Under the pieces are notes generated by a model. That model saw nothing but the letters and a program-made list of their open reading frames with translations, had not been told where the DNA came from and did no database searches. A stretch of 45,740 nucleotides of DNA from a virus (Duplodnaviria > Caudoviricetes). The position numbers and the translations under genes are program-made. The stretch covers positions 1-45,740 of the IMG/VR virus record IMGVR_UViG_3300037046_000301. One strand, 5' to 3'. Shown here one piece after another: positions 1-10,771 of this stretch (positions are counted from its first letter, which is position 1; every line of letters starts with the position of its first letter).

Positions 1-30
1 ATGATAAGAAAACAGATTAAAAATGTATTT

Positions 31-81
31 GCATTAAGGATTGCAGTGGGTAGCCTGCCCCTACCTTTTCGGGGTAATGCC
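31..81 (-). repeat. Structured repeat copy 1 (Flavo-1-like)
   Basis: Minus strand GGCATT..GCAGGCT..GCAATCCTTAATGC; 17 bp identical to 28189-28205; terminal GCATT/AATGC pairing. Confidence 0.5.
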
Positions 82-219
82 AGAAAAGTATTAGAATTAA
101 AAAAAATGGATTCATAAGAAAGCCTCTGGCGCACGATCTCAAAGAGGTTCATAGTAAAGTACCACCTGTTTTAGCGATTATAAACAGAAAAAGATAAAAT
201 TGATTCCCGAAAAAATAAA

Positions 220-3200
220 CTAAAATCCACTTAATGCATGCATGGAATCAATTTCTTTTGAAACTTTTGTCAAATCATCATATCGGATATAGCTTTTCCG
301 GTTTTCAGGATCTCTAAAAAACTTTAACAATTCATCATTTTGCTCAATCAACCTGTCTAAACCATTATGATTTGTACTCGTCGAATTGTAGTCTGTAGAA
401 CCCGATGTTGAATTTCGGGAATATTCCGGAACCTTTGGTGACCGGAATAATGACACGGGCGCCTCTCCCGTCCTGACCCTATTTAAACCTTCAATAACAG
501 GTCCGGTATAAGGATGTTCGAGCATCCAGTTGGGTGCGATAAACTCTTTACCCTTTTCACCTGCGCGATAAATCTTATCCCCTTTTGTATAACCACCTTC
601 AGAATATTCGGGAGGTTTCGGCAAAGCGGCAAGCTGTGCGATGCCGGCTGCCGCAGCTAGTGCAGCCATAACAACACCCACAATGAAAGGTTGGGTAGTA
701 GCCAGGGCGTTCATAACAGCCATAGCAGTATTAGAAAGAATAGAAAAAGTAGCAAGTTGGTTGGCTCGCTTTGCCTGATCAGCTTCAATTTTCTTTTTCT
801 TATTGTCCAACTCCAAAGCAATAGCTGCTACCTCTCTGTTGTATCTATCTTCACTGATCAGCCCGGATTTCAAGCGTCTGTCTAAAAGGGCTTTTTTCTT
901 TTCGGAATCTTTCTCGTACTTGGCGAAGTTTGCGTTTTCCTGGTTTGCAATACGTTCATTTACAGAATACCAAATCTGACCAATAGAATCAGCAATTTGC
1001 ATGGCATCCTGAACATGGGACATGAGTTTATCCCAATCGTCTTCGGTCATACCAAATGGATCGGTTTTTTCACCGTCCATGTTAAAACCGGCTGTTTCGG
1101 CTTTGAGTTCGGAAACCTTTAATTTGAGTTCTTCAATCTTAGAAATAAGAGAATCCTTTTCTTCATCAGTGAGCATGGCATTTTCCAGGCTCAATCCATC
1201 AACCCCACCTGAATTAATAATTTCCTCTGAAGCTGCAATAAGTTTTCTGAGATGCTCAATTTGTATTTTAATTTCCTCCTGTCTGAAATTAGCAGTCAAT
1301 TGTTTTTTTGCTTCCTCATTTGTGCCCAGGGCGGCCAGTTCTTCATTGAAAGCTATTTCCCGGATATTGGATTCAGTTTCATAGGATTTCTGAAGATCAA
1401 GTACTATTTGCTCTCTTCCTGATTTGTATGCTTCAGCTTTTTGTTTATTAAGGTCAATGATATAAGCTATTTCGTCACTTCCTATTTTGGAAGGATCATA
1501 AGTTTTAGGAGCTTTACCTGGTTTGGCAGGCTTAACCGAAGGTGAGCCGCCACCAGAACCCGATGGCATCGGACCCGGGACGGGTGGACCTATAAATTTG
1601 GATTGATCTTCAAATAAAATATTATAGCGTTCAGTATAAGATTTTAAAGCATCTTCAACCTCTTTAACGGCTGCTGCTTCCTGAAGGAGCATATTATTGT
1701 AATTGGCAGTCAATTGCAGCTTCATTTGCCAGGCTGCACCATGATTTTCTTTTTCCCACTCTGCACCTATTTTGTTCATGGCAGCTTCTTTTTCAAGCAA
1801 AGACAAGTTACTAAAAAGGATCTGTTCCATCTGTGAACCCCTGGCTTTGTCATACTTCATCATCTTATCCTTCTCTTTGATCAGGTCCTTGGTAACTTGC
1901 AATTCCGCTTCTATTCTGTTCATGGCTGCTTTACCGGCAGCTTTGCGTTTGTCTTCGAGGGTTTCTTCTGAATCCTGAAGGGCTATTTTTTTAATCTGTT
2001 CCTGGTTATAGTATCGCAAATTAGAAGTAAGGTCAGTGATACTGATATTTTCAATTTCAATGTTTCTGATCACCTCCGGCGCTATATCCTTTAATTCATT
2101 GTAAATATCATTGCGGCGTTCGAGTGTGGTAGTTGCATTGGTTAATTCGACAGCCAGGGCATTGACCTTTATTCTTTCATTTTCCATTGTATCCGATAAA
2201 CGCACTCTAACATAGTCAGCAGCAGAATCGGCGGCGTTTTCGAGAAAAGTCATTAAGCCGGAGTTCATCCATTTACCGGCAACCCATTTGGAAAGTTTCT
2301 CCAAATTAGCAGCCATATTGGTATTCTTAACATTAAACTCCTCCTGAAGGGAAGTACCTTTTTCGAATTCATCATTTGATAATTGCTGTTGTATTCTTAG
2401 CGTTTCAACATTATTTGAAAGCACACCCAGGACACTGATTGTCCTTTTACCTTCAAGACCTATATCACCAAGCACTTCAGAAAGCTTAAAAAGCCCTTCA
2501 TTATTACCATTGAGGTTGGATAAAACCTTTATGAAAGCCTCATTTGCATCCTTATTCAAAAGATCGGTAAAATCTTCCAGGCTCATTTTCGCTATCTCAG
2601 CGAAAGTAGCAGTGTCTTTGAACATCTTGGGAACCAAAGCCGAAAATACAGTAGATGAAACTTCGGAGGTTTGACCCAGTGAATCAAGTGTGGCGGCCAA
2701 ACCCATGATATTCTGAATGGAAATGTTTGCAAGCGGAGCAACACCGGCCACCCTTTTCGTAAACTCAACAATAAAGCCTTCATTGGCTGTTGAAGCCATG
2801 CCTAAGGCATTCAGCGCGGAACCGGTTTTGATCAAGGCTGCTTCAGTACCCAGGAAATCTTTGAGTTTGAAAACATCAACCAACTTTGCAATTTGACGGA
2901 TGGCTTCCTCTGCATTGCCTCCCAAATCCTGGGATAAAGCAACGTTAATCATGTCAGTAGCTTTAACAAATTCATAGATTTCCTTTTTGCCGGTATAACC
3001 TAACTTTCCGGCGATCCTGGCAAGGTCAAGCAATTCCTTTCGACCGGAACGGGTATCAATCGCCTTCAGGGACCGGCTGAATTCTTTTACCTCCTGCATG
3101 GTCATTCCGGTTGTTTTGGCTACGTCCGCCATCTTATCCGAAAGTTTTCCCATGCTGGAAACCAAATTAGGAATGAATTGAAGCGCATTTTGAAAAAACT

Positions 3201-3477
3201 GAGAAAGCATATTACCGCCCACAACCCCCATCATGATATTTTTAAAATTGCCCCATGCACTTGCACCCCTGCCGATAGCTTTATTGTGATTATTGATGAT
3301 ACCCTGGAGTTTTTTCATTTCAGAAGCTGCTGCATTATACTCTTTACTACCCAGTGTCATTTTAGACTGGGCGTTTTGAAGTTTAAAAAACTCATTGCGG
3401 ATGGACTTCATATCATTCTGCACCTCTTTACCATTGATGTACAGATTTATCCTGCGGCTTTCTGTTTTTGAACTCAT
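220..3477 (-). CDS. Phage tail tape measure protein
   Basis: 1085 aa helical Ala/Leu/Glu-rich protein with TP901-like core (MADVAKTTGM...LARIAGKLG) and C-terminal YSEGGYT..AGEKGKEFIAP motif. Confidence 0.88.
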   Translation of the reverse strand: MSSKTESRRINLYINGKEVQNDMKSIRNEFFKLQNAQSKMTLGSKEYNAAASEMKKLQGIINNHNKAIGRGASAWGNFKNIMMGVVGGNMLSQFFQNALQFIPNLVSSMGKLSDKMADVAKTTGMTMQEVKEFSRSLKAIDTRSGRKELLDLARIAGKLGYTGKKEIYEFVKATDMINVALSQDLGGNAEEAIRQIAKLVDVFKLKDFLGTEAALIKTGSALNALGMASTANEGFIVEFTKRVAGVAPLANISIQNIMGLAATLDSLGQTSEVSSTVFSALVPKMFKDTATFAEIAKMSLEDFTDLLNKDANEAFIKVLSNLNGNNEGLFKLSEVLGDIGLEGKRTISVLGVLSNNVETLRIQQQLSNDEFEKGTSLQEEFNVKNTNMAANLEKLSKWVAGKWMNSGLMTFLENAADSAADYVRVRLSDTMENERIKVNALAVELTNATTTLERRNDIYNELKDIAPEVIRNIEIENISITDLTSNLRYYNQEQIKKIALQDSEETLEDKRKAAGKAAMNRIEAELQVTKDLIKEKDKMMKYDKARGSQMEQILFSNLSLLEKEAAMNKIGAEWEKENHGAAWQMKLQLTANYNNMLLQEAAAVKEVEDALKSYTERYNILFEDQSKFIGPPVPGPMPSGSGGGSPSVKPAKPGKAPKTYDPSKIGSDEIAYIIDLNKQKAEAYKSGREQIVLDLQKSYETESNIREIAFNEELAALGTNEEAKKQLTANFRQEEIKIQIEHLRKLIAASEEIINSGGVDGLSLENAMLTDEEKDSLISKIEELKLKVSELKAETAGFNMDGEKTDPFGMTEDDWDKLMSHVQDAMQIADSIGQIWYSVNERIANQENANFAKYEKDSEKKKALLDRRLKSGLISEDRYNREVAAIALELDNKKKKIEADQAKRANQLATFSILSNTAMAVMNALATTQPFIVGVVMAALAAAAGIAQLAALPKPPEYSEGGYTKGDKIYRAGEKGKEFIAPNWMLEHPYTGPVIEGLNRVRTGEAPVSLFRSPKVPEYSRNSTSGSTDYNSTSTNHNGLDRLIEQNDELLKFFRDPENRKSYIRYDDLTKVSKEIDSMHALSGF

Positions 3478-3478
3478 C

Positions 3479-3919
3479 TTAATTTATTTTAACGCGTGTT
3501 GATTTCAATACTGCATCTGCTTTCACTACCACCAGGTCATCGGCCAGCTTGGAAATTGTTCTGTCAATTTCAGAATTCAACCAGTTTTTGGGAACTCTTG
3601 CAGCTTTCATAGGACCTTTGGCAGTCCTCACTACCTTTCCACTCACCCTTTTCCATCCCCGGCCAACACCATGATGAAAAAATACCCCGTGCCTGGGGAA
3701 CTGAAACCCGACCATTGAAATCTCGCCATAATCTTTTCGGGTACTGGAAAGAATTGATTGAGATAGTTTACTTTCGGTTTTCTGTGTCAAAATGCTTGAA
3801 TAGGCACCGGCTTTCCCCTGGTCAGACATTTTCAAAACATTGGAAATGGCGGACCTCCTGACTGTATTTTTCCACCGGATCAGGATCCCATTGAAGGTGG
3901 AAGATGATTTATCGGCCAC
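3479..3919 (-). CDS. Basic phage protein, possible tail-completion (HK97 gp10-like)
   Basis: 146 aa, GFQFPRHGVFFHHGVGRG motif, directly upstream of the tape measure gene. Confidence 0.5.
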   Translation of the reverse strand: MADKSSSTFNGILIRWKNTVRRSAISNVLKMSDQGKAGAYSSILTQKTESKLSQSILSSTRKDYGEISMVGFQFPRHGVFFHHGVGRGWKRVSGKVVRTAKGPMKAARVPKNWLNSEIDRTISKLADDLVVVKADAVLKSTRVKIN

Positions 3920-6119
3920 CGGATCCGGAATTAGATTTCAGAAGAATCATTTCGGTAGTGATAATCCCGGAAGAAGAAAAAACAAAAGTTGCTTTCTTCG
4001 GAATACAATTCATTGATTCAAACCTGATCTTTCTTACAGGATTAACCTTTTGCGGAAGAAAGAGGGAAGCTATATTAAAGAAGTCAACTGAGGAACAAAG
4101 GAAAGAGCGCTTGAACTCCTCTGAGGTTTCAAGGAAGTCATACCAGGGCTTTAGAAATTTGTTATAAAGCCCGTTGTCACCATTCATCTTAGTCTGATAG
4201 TCTCCAATGAGCGCACCGGAAAGCGAATAATTAACCGATGAGGCCATAGGATAATCATCATTTTTTGCATCTTTCTGCATACCGCGATAAAAAAGAAGTG
4301 TAAAGGGAAATTCATTATCACCGGTATCGAAACATGGCGATGTACCCAAATCTTTTGTTTGTGCAGTCAGTAAATTATTTCCAAGATGCAAAGGGAGTGT
4401 GTTAAAGTCGGAAATAATTTCCTCTTTCCCCTCCCCTACTACTACTTTGTAAATGTTATCAGAATAAAAATGCCAGGAAAAAACATCTTCATCTGCATTG
4501 CGCTTAAAGATAACCACTGTATTCGAACTCTTATCAATGGCAGTTTTATTGGGAGCATTTGGAACTGGAAGGTCATCCCAGGTGGGGAATTCTCCGATAA
4601 ACTCATAAGTTTCAAACGGATAAGTGTCTTTGTTGTATGAAATATTCAATTTATAGCCTTTATGATCCGGTAATTCCAATTCTTTATTACCCTGAAGGAC
4701 CTTGTCTGAGAGGTCAAGAACAAAAGGAGAATTTATAATATCAGTGATGAAGGAAAACTCTACGTTCCTGGTAACAAAATCAAAGAAAACCCCAAGTCCG
4801 AAGGCATTTTTGAGGGAATTAATAAAAGTTGAATATGATACGGGAGGCAAATGTTTGGCAATATTCAGTTTATTTGAATATTGATTCAAATTCTGATAGC
4901 TGACGTTTGTGGCTATCAGGGTTTGTTGTTTTGCACTGCCTATTTGACCCTCACCATATTGATTTGTGTATCTCAAATGAAGATAAACCAGAGTACCGAT
5001 CATGGCAAAGGGAAAGAAATAAATTAATTCATAATCGAAGGTATCCCAGGTTTCCGACACCAGGGTAAAGTTATCCTGATCCAGAACATCACCTGCATTG
5101 GTTTTCAAAGAAAGCCTTGCATTGACATTACCGCCATTAATATCACAATAGCAGGAAACCTTAACTTTAAATGTATGATAGCCACTGGATTTAACTTCAT
5201 AACGATGCGTAGCTATATTCCAGCATGAATCAGCATCTTCAAGATCACCGCCGGATTCAACATTAAAATACAAAGGATCACCAGGTTGACTTATGGTCTG
5301 AACACCGGAAGGATATGAAGCCCGGACAAAGTATTTTTTATACTGCTCATCGAGGGGGAAATTATAAAACAGAATGAGTTTCTGAAGCTCTGCATCAGAA
5401 AGGAAGTCACCGAAGCATGAAAAGCCAATTTCAGAGAACATTTTCCTGATAACAGGAAAAAGGAAAGGGCAGGGAATCAAAGCTGACGTATTATCGCAAA
5501 GAGGATCTTCGCGGATAAGATTTACAGGAAACGTGCCGGAAGGTGCGTTGTAATTGTTAAGATACTTACCCACAGGACCGCTGCCTGTATCTCCACCCCA
5601 ATCCGGATTGGCTTCAGGAATACCATCATCATCAGGTTCACCATAGAAGTTGTTGGCAAATATGACAGGAAAAGTATAATCCCGGATAAGTATTCCCTTA
5701 ACAACCTGTTCTGCATGAAAAGCGACATTCGTTGATGAATGAGGCGTTCCTCCAATTGTGATATCGGAATAGGAAAGGTCGTTCAATTTGAATTCTGAAA
5801 AGCCTTCAGGGAAACCGGAGAAAATGATACTCCCCCTGTAATAATCGGAATTGATTGTTTTGATGTAGAATTTTCCGGTAAGTACGGCCAGGTCATCAAA
5901 ATAAAAAGTGACATTAAAAACTTTGGTTCTGGTCCCGATCAGATCATAATGACAATATTCAAAAATACTTTCATTTTTGAAGATGGGAATATTAAAGGGG
6001 TAAATGACGGGTGAAGGAATTGCTTCAGAATCAAAAAAAGGCATAGAAAACTCAATCCTGAGATTGGTTTTCGGTTCAAGATAGACCGGGTATTGGTTAT
6101 CTATTAATAATTTGATCAT
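3909..6119 (-). CDS. Putative tail/baseplate structural protein
   Basis: 736 aa ORF in tail module, overlapping its neighbours. Confidence 0.6.
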   Translation of the reverse strand: MIKLLIDNQYPVYLEPKTNLRIEFSMPFFDSEAIPSPVIYPFNIPIFKNESIFEYCHYDLIGTRTKVFNVTFYFDDLAVLTGKFYIKTINSDYYRGSIIFSGFPEGFSEFKLNDLSYSDITIGGTPHSSTNVAFHAEQVVKGILIRDYTFPVIFANNFYGEPDDDGIPEANPDWGGDTGSGPVGKYLNNYNAPSGTFPVNLIREDPLCDNTSALIPCPFLFPVIRKMFSEIGFSCFGDFLSDAELQKLILFYNFPLDEQYKKYFVRASYPSGVQTISQPGDPLYFNVESGGDLEDADSCWNIATHRYEVKSSGYHTFKVKVSCYCDINGGNVNARLSLKTNAGDVLDQDNFTLVSETWDTFDYELIYFFPFAMIGTLVYLHLRYTNQYGEGQIGSAKQQTLIATNVSYQNLNQYSNKLNIAKHLPPVSYSTFINSLKNAFGLGVFFDFVTRNVEFSFITDIINSPFVLDLSDKVLQGNKELELPDHKGYKLNISYNKDTYPFETYEFIGEFPTWDDLPVPNAPNKTAIDKSSNTVVIFKRNADEDVFSWHFYSDNIYKVVVGEGKEEIISDFNTLPLHLGNNLLTAQTKDLGTSPCFDTGDNEFPFTLLFYRGMQKDAKNDDYPMASSVNYSLSGALIGDYQTKMNGDNGLYNKFLKPWYDFLETSEEFKRSFLCSSVDFFNIASLFLPQKVNPVRKIRFESMNCIPKKATFVFSSSGIITTEMILLKSNSGSGGR

Positions 6120-7645
6120 GCAGTCGGGGATAAAGTGCCGTTAATGGTATATCTATAATCAAATTTGACGGTAAAAATATCATCCGCTTCATCGGATAAT
6201 TCAAGGGTGCCTTTTTCGATTATTATGGGTATGAACTGAAGTTTACCTACAATATACACTTCATTATTGGAAAGCATTTCACACAGGTGATCAGCCAAAA
6301 CCTTTTTCATTGTACCGGTGCGGATGGTAAACTTATTATAGGAACTTTCAGGTTTAACTACAAGCTGACCTTTGGGAAGCTGGTAATCGTATGACAACTC
6401 TTTTTGAAAGACCTCAGTTTCAATGTCAAATTTATTAAGAACCTTTTCGGCACAAAGGAATTCATAGACCCCGAAATCATTTTTGAAAAGCAATTGTTTT
6501 GAAAATTGCTTCTGAGGTACCAGGGTAAATGTAACAATTTGAGAAAGCGGAACCGGTGGAGAATTCTCAAACATTTCAGCAACAAAGACTTCATACTGAT
6601 AGCAATCGCCATATAAACCCATGTAAAGTTGATCATGTCCGGAAGGACAAACCAAAACATCAAATTGATTGATGTTGTAAGCCCAATCCCTTGCCAACTG
6701 CATATAACCCGGAACGGCCTTTCGGTAAGCTCTGACAATTAAACCAACCTGATTAATTCTTCTGTCTTCACAATTCATCCAATATAAAACCTGCTGTGCA
6801 GATTTATATGTTTCAACTGGAAAACCCTGATTTGTAAGGAACTGTTTGGTTTGTTGCAGCTTCTCTATTGTATCATGACCGGGATACTGATCGAAAGGAA
6901 GCTTCCCGTTTAAAACATGTAAAACATCGGTTGAATTTAGCCCTTTAACAACTCCCGGAGATCCAAAACATTCAGCAAACTTCACAAAATAGTGAAAAAC
7001 AGTTTCTTTTGACTCAGAAAAGAAGTGAGAATTGAAAGCCGGAAGGAAGGTCAATTTTTTGTCTTCACAAATGGTTTTTAACTGTTTATTAAGATAAACA
7101 ACGCATTGGGAACTACTGTCAACGTCAAAATACTGACCAGGCATCTTTGAATAACTGAGCATGAATTTGGATTTAAAATAGAGCTGTACGAATATTTTAA
7201 AGTTTGGATTGAAAGTTAAATCAGTCCCGGGGTAAACCTGAGGAATGATTTGTAGCGCTGAAATTTCTGAAACATCAACAGAAAGACTGAAAGCACTGCC
7301 TACATTTAAAGCCCTGATAAAAAACTCATCGTTATCATGAACATAAATTTCAAAAAATTGAGTTAAAATATAGTTTTTGTTAAACCAACCAACTACCGTT
7401 GTACAGGAAAGACTGCCGGCTTGTAAGTATAAACCGGAGTCAGGATCACCCCCAACAGAAAAGACAAGAACATAATCCAGGAAGGATATTGTTATTTGAT
7501 GCGTGTTAATGAAATTACCGGCAATGCGGAGTTTAACGTAGCTTTTAGATCCCTGCGAAGTAATGTAATTATCAGAGGTAAAAGGAAAAGCTATGGGATT
7601 GCCTGTAAATTCAATTTCATTTGGATAAGAATGTATTGTTATCAT
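6116..7645 (-). CDS. Putative tail structural protein
   Basis: 509 aa ORF, 4-bp overlaps with both neighbours. Confidence 0.55.
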   Translation of the reverse strand: MITIHSYPNEIEFTGNPIAFPFTSDNYITSQGSKSYVKLRIAGNFINTHQITISFLDYVLVFSVGGDPDSGLYLQAGSLSCTTVVGWFNKNYILTQFFEIYVHDNDEFFIRALNVGSAFSLSVDVSEISALQIIPQVYPGTDLTFNPNFKIFVQLYFKSKFMLSYSKMPGQYFDVDSSSQCVVYLNKQLKTICEDKKLTFLPAFNSHFFSESKETVFHYFVKFAECFGSPGVVKGLNSTDVLHVLNGKLPFDQYPGHDTIEKLQQTKQFLTNQGFPVETYKSAQQVLYWMNCEDRRINQVGLIVRAYRKAVPGYMQLARDWAYNINQFDVLVCPSGHDQLYMGLYGDCYQYEVFVAEMFENSPPVPLSQIVTFTLVPQKQFSKQLLFKNDFGVYEFLCAEKVLNKFDIETEVFQKELSYDYQLPKGQLVVKPESSYNKFTIRTGTMKKVLADHLCEMLSNNEVYIVGKLQFIPIIIEKGTLELSDEADDIFTVKFDYRYTINGTLSPTA

Positions 7646-8142
7646 GTAAGATCAAGCCATTTTGATTTATCAATAATATGAGATTGTCTGACCATAAGTG
7701 TAAAAGTAAACCTGACCCCGTATGAGCGTCCGGCATCATTGGCAACGAGGTTGGCAATGACTGTATTAAAGTCAAGTTTATAAATTAATCCCAGGCGTGT
7801 AAATTTTTCATTGTAGATCCGGACTAAAATATCAAGGCCAATATTTTCACACTCATCCCAGATTTGATGGATGGCATCAACATCCTGTTCATGTTCTAAA
7901 TGCTTCAGGACAGCAAAAGCGCAATTTACATTTTTGAGGATGCTGTTTGTTTCTCTATCAAAAAAAGAAAGATCAAAACCTTCAAGGACAAAAGCCGGAA
8001 AATTTACGGATGAAGGTATGCTTGAAAGATATTCTTCAATTTCAAGACGAAAGAAATGCTTTTCTTCATCCTGGTGGAGAATATGAACATGCTGCCTGGC
8101 AAGGTTCTCAAAAAAGGAAACAAATTCATTTATAAAACTCAT
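7642..8142 (-). CDS. Hypothetical phage protein (tail terminator-like position)
   Basis: 166 aa acidic ORF coupled to neighbours. Confidence 0.5.
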   Translation of the reverse strand: MSFINEFVSFFENLARQHVHILHQDEEKHFFRLEIEEYLSSIPSSVNFPAFVLEGFDLSFFDRETNSILKNVNCAFAVLKHLEHEQDVDAIHQIWDECENIGLDILVRIYNEKFTRLGLIYKLDFNTVIANLVANDAGRSYGVRFTFTLMVRQSHIIDKSKWLDLT

Positions 8143-8360
8143 GATTCTTCGATTTCAGTAATGTCCATGTTGTCAATAGCCGTGCAAATGGCCTCTTTAT
8201 CAAAAACCAAGGATAAATTGATAACCAGTTTGAGAACGGTTTTGATACCGACTATTTTTTCATTGTACCATTCAACTATTGCAGCTTCAAGTTCAGCGGC
8301 CTTATCAACGTCTGTAAAGAAGGAAGCTGCAATATCAGCGGGTGTGATTTCAGGATTCAT
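8139..8360 (-). CDS. Hypothetical protein
   Basis: 73 aa ORF filling the operon gap. Confidence 0.6.
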   Translation of the reverse strand: MNPEITPADIAASFFTDVDKAAELEAAIVEWYNEKIVGIKTVLKLVINLSLVFDKEAICTAIDNMDITEIEES

Positions 8361-8362
8361 AA

Positions 8363-9154
8363 TTATGGTTTAGATTTGATTTGTACTTTGATGGTATGGT
8401 TCATATCATAGAGGACAGTGTGCAAAAGCGTTTTCAGAATTTCATCCTGAAGCGTGTAGTTCCCTGCTACCAGGGAACGGATAAAGTCCCTCCAACCCTC
8501 TGAGCTATTACCCTCTTTTCTTTCAGACTTTTCTTTGGGAAAAACATAAGGATACTTATTCTGTATCCAGGTGCGAATGTTTTTATAATTAAAAAGCAGC
8601 GCAAGTTTGGTATCCTGATCAAGTTTGCTGAAAAACAGCGAATTTTCATCTACATAAACCGGATTGAATTTCATTCTTAAATCTTTGACTGTCTGGTTTG
8701 GATTGGGATAATGATTTTCCGGACGGTAAAGGCAGGCAATCATTTTGAATAAAAATGATTCGTCTTTTGTCTTTAAGAATTTAAGAAAGTTGGAATCAGC
8801 AAAGGCAAATTCACCGATTGAAACATTCCGAAACTGATTGGAAGGACCTATAAAAACCTGCTTATCAATAATTAGTTTTTTAATTACCCAATCACTGAGC
8901 GGAGTGGTGAGCTTGACGAAATCATGCAGCACCAAAATCTCAGGTGGAAAAGATTGAAGCGGGGATTTAAGATTTAAGAGGGAATTTACTAAAACAACCT
9001 GGTTCTCGACGGTAAAAGGCTTGCTTAGAAAGTCAACAACAGTAATAAACTGAAGCGTGGAAAGTTCATTCCACGATGAAGGATGTTTACCCGGGATAGT
9101 AATATTATAAGGTATCCAGGGGATCGGGCGATATTTGATTTTAACATCATGCAC
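8363..9154 (-). CDS. Hypothetical phage protein
   Basis: 263 aa ORF in operon. Confidence 0.65.
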   Translation of the reverse strand: MHDVKIKYRPIPWIPYNITIPGKHPSSWNELSTLQFITVVDFLSKPFTVENQVVLVNSLLNLKSPLQSFPPEILVLHDFVKLTTPLSDWVIKKLIIDKQVFIGPSNQFRNVSIGEFAFADSNFLKFLKTKDESFLFKMIACLYRPENHYPNPNQTVKDLRMKFNPVYVDENSLFFSKLDQDTKLALLFNYKNIRTWIQNKYPYVFPKEKSERKEGNSSEGWRDFIRSLVAGNYTLQDEILKTLLHTVLYDMNHTIKVQIKSKP

Positions 9155-9156
9155 TG

Positions 9157-9741
9157 CTATTTCTTTTTACGTTGTAAATGATAATAACCTTTAACTATCA
9201 GATTTTGTCCCATCACATCATAGCCAGCGCCAAAGGCGATGCCGGAAGGATACAAAAGCAAAGCGTCAACAGAAATAAATGGTTTGCCTGGTATGATCCC
9301 CATACCGGCACCGATCAGGAATTTCTTTCGTATATCAGATTGTGTGATGATGGTCGTATTGATTTGAGTAGCCCTTTTATTCTGGAAAAATAGTTTGTCA
9401 TAATACAAACGATTTTCAAAGGTATGGGACAAAACTCTGATGAGAGCTGAAGTATCATTCTGAAGCGTATCATCATAATAATATTTGGAATAATAATCAG
9501 CAAGGATGGCCATGGTATCTATGGGTAAATCCATCCACCGGGTCGAACCGGTATCCCGATAAACCGGTATAGGGAAAGGCTTTAAAACAGGGACTTCATA
9601 GGGGATACTATCGCCAGGAATTATTTGAGTGGTTCGAATCGTATCCGTTGTAAACGGATTACGAGAGCATCGGGTGGCCTCTCTAAAGAAGATAAATGCG
9701 AGCAATGCGACCATGACAAGGATTAACAATGGATTTTTCAT
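9157..9741 (-). CDS. Membrane-anchored/secreted protein, possible spanin-like lysis component
   Basis: N-terminal hydrophobic helix, DT-rich middle, C-terminal amphipathic beta strands; follows holin-like genes. Confidence 0.45.
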   Translation of the reverse strand: MKNPLLILVMVALLAFIFFREATRCSRNPFTTDTIRTTQIIPGDSIPYEVPVLKPFPIPVYRDTGSTRWMDLPIDTMAILADYYSKYYYDDTLQNDTSALIRVLSHTFENRLYYDKLFFQNKRATQINTTIITQSDIRKKFLIGAGMGIIPGKPFISVDALLLYPSGIAFGAGYDVMGQNLIVKGYYHLQRKKK

Positions 9742-9746
9742 AGAAA

Positions 9747-9953
9747 TTAATCTAAAGGTGAATGGTTATCAGAAAAGAAATTGGTCAAAAACTTACCCAA
9801 AACAGAAAGGATTACAGAGCAAATGGCGAACCATTTGAACTCCTGGTAGATAGAAATACCGGAAATAAAAACTCCGGAGGCAAGCAAAGCGTCTCCGAGT
9901 TTGCGCCAGAAAACAGGCGTAGGTTTGTAAAAACCATTTAAAAGATTTTTCAT
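9747..9953 (-). CDS. Small two-TM protein, holin-like
   Basis: Start moved to ATG at 9953 (MKNLLNGF); two hydrophobic segments. Confidence 0.5.
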   Translation of the reverse strand: MKNLLNGFYKPTPVFWRKLGDALLASGVFISGISIYQEFKWFAICSVILSVLGKFLTNFFSDNHSPLD

Positions 9954-9957
9954 AGTA

Positions 9958-10221
9958 TTATTTTTTATGATGATCACAGTTAAAATCCTCAATGTATAAA
10001 AGGCGCTTATCAATATCAGCGTGTTTTAAATCACACAATTTCGATGCTGCCTTATTTTCAGACTTAATCAATTCAACCAGAAGCCGGAGATTATTGACGG
10101 CTGTTTTCAAATTATCAATGGCAGTGATAAGCGATTTGAGAAATACGCCTATAATTCCAAGAAGCAGGAGGATTACACCTCCTGCTACTGTTAAAATTAA
10201 ACCGATAATATCAAAAGGCAT
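9958..10221 (-). CDS. Single-TM coiled-coil protein, holin-like
   Basis: Hydrophobic N-terminus followed by heptad helix. Confidence 0.5.
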   Translation of the reverse strand: MPFDIIGLILTVAGGVILLLLGIIGVFLKSLITAIDNLKTAVNNLRLLVELIKSENKAASKLCDLKHADIDKRLLYIEDFNCDHHKK

Positions 10222-10230
10222 GGCGGATAA

Positions 10231-10764
10231 TTATTTGGGTTTAGATTTCCGGAATTTCAAAACAACTGCTGTTGTAAAGATTGCAAGCATTGCGGCAATC
10301 GTAAAGTCAAGCCATCTTTCCTTTAATGCCTGGATAAGGGTAATGGTAAAGAAATCATAGAGATTTAGAGGATACCAAAAAACAGCAAGAAAGATTAAAA
10401 TGAAATAGGATGGGATATAGAATTTCCCAAAGTATTTATCCATGAATGATTTTGTGCCGGAGGCAGAGGAACCTACATAAAACCAATTTTCATGATTGAA
10501 GGAATTGTAAACGATATTGTAAAAGGGAAAGAAAAGAATTCCGGCAATCAAAAGCACAAATAACAAAGATTCAAAAGGTATTTCAAGAAAAACACCCAGG
10601 ATGATGATAAAGATTACCCAGGTGAAGCGAATAGCGCCACCGGCACGATGGACCAGCTTATTATAATAAGCGTCCCGGTTGGATGACATGGCGAAGATCC
10701 ATGCGTTGTAAAACGCAAGGATCAAGCCTATCATTGATGTAAAAGCAATCAGGATAAGTTGCAT
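10231..10764 (-). CDS. Multi-pass membrane protein
   Basis: 177 aa with about 5 hydrophobic segments. Confidence 0.65.
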   Translation of the reverse strand: MQLILIAFTSMIGLILAFYNAWIFAMSSNRDAYYNKLVHRAGGAIRFTWVIFIIILGVFLEIPFESLLFVLLIAGILFFPFYNIVYNSFNHENWFYVGSSASGTKSFMDKYFGKFYIPSYFILIFLAVFWYPLNLYDFFTITLIQALKERWLDFTIAAMLAIFTTAVVLKFRKSKPK

Positions 10765-10771
10765 TGCCTTA

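Noticed and set aside
29-45. 17-bp direct repeat with 28189-28205 as attL/attR
   Set aside because: It would split the phage between terminase and portal, and it is the conserved end of the dispersed repeat
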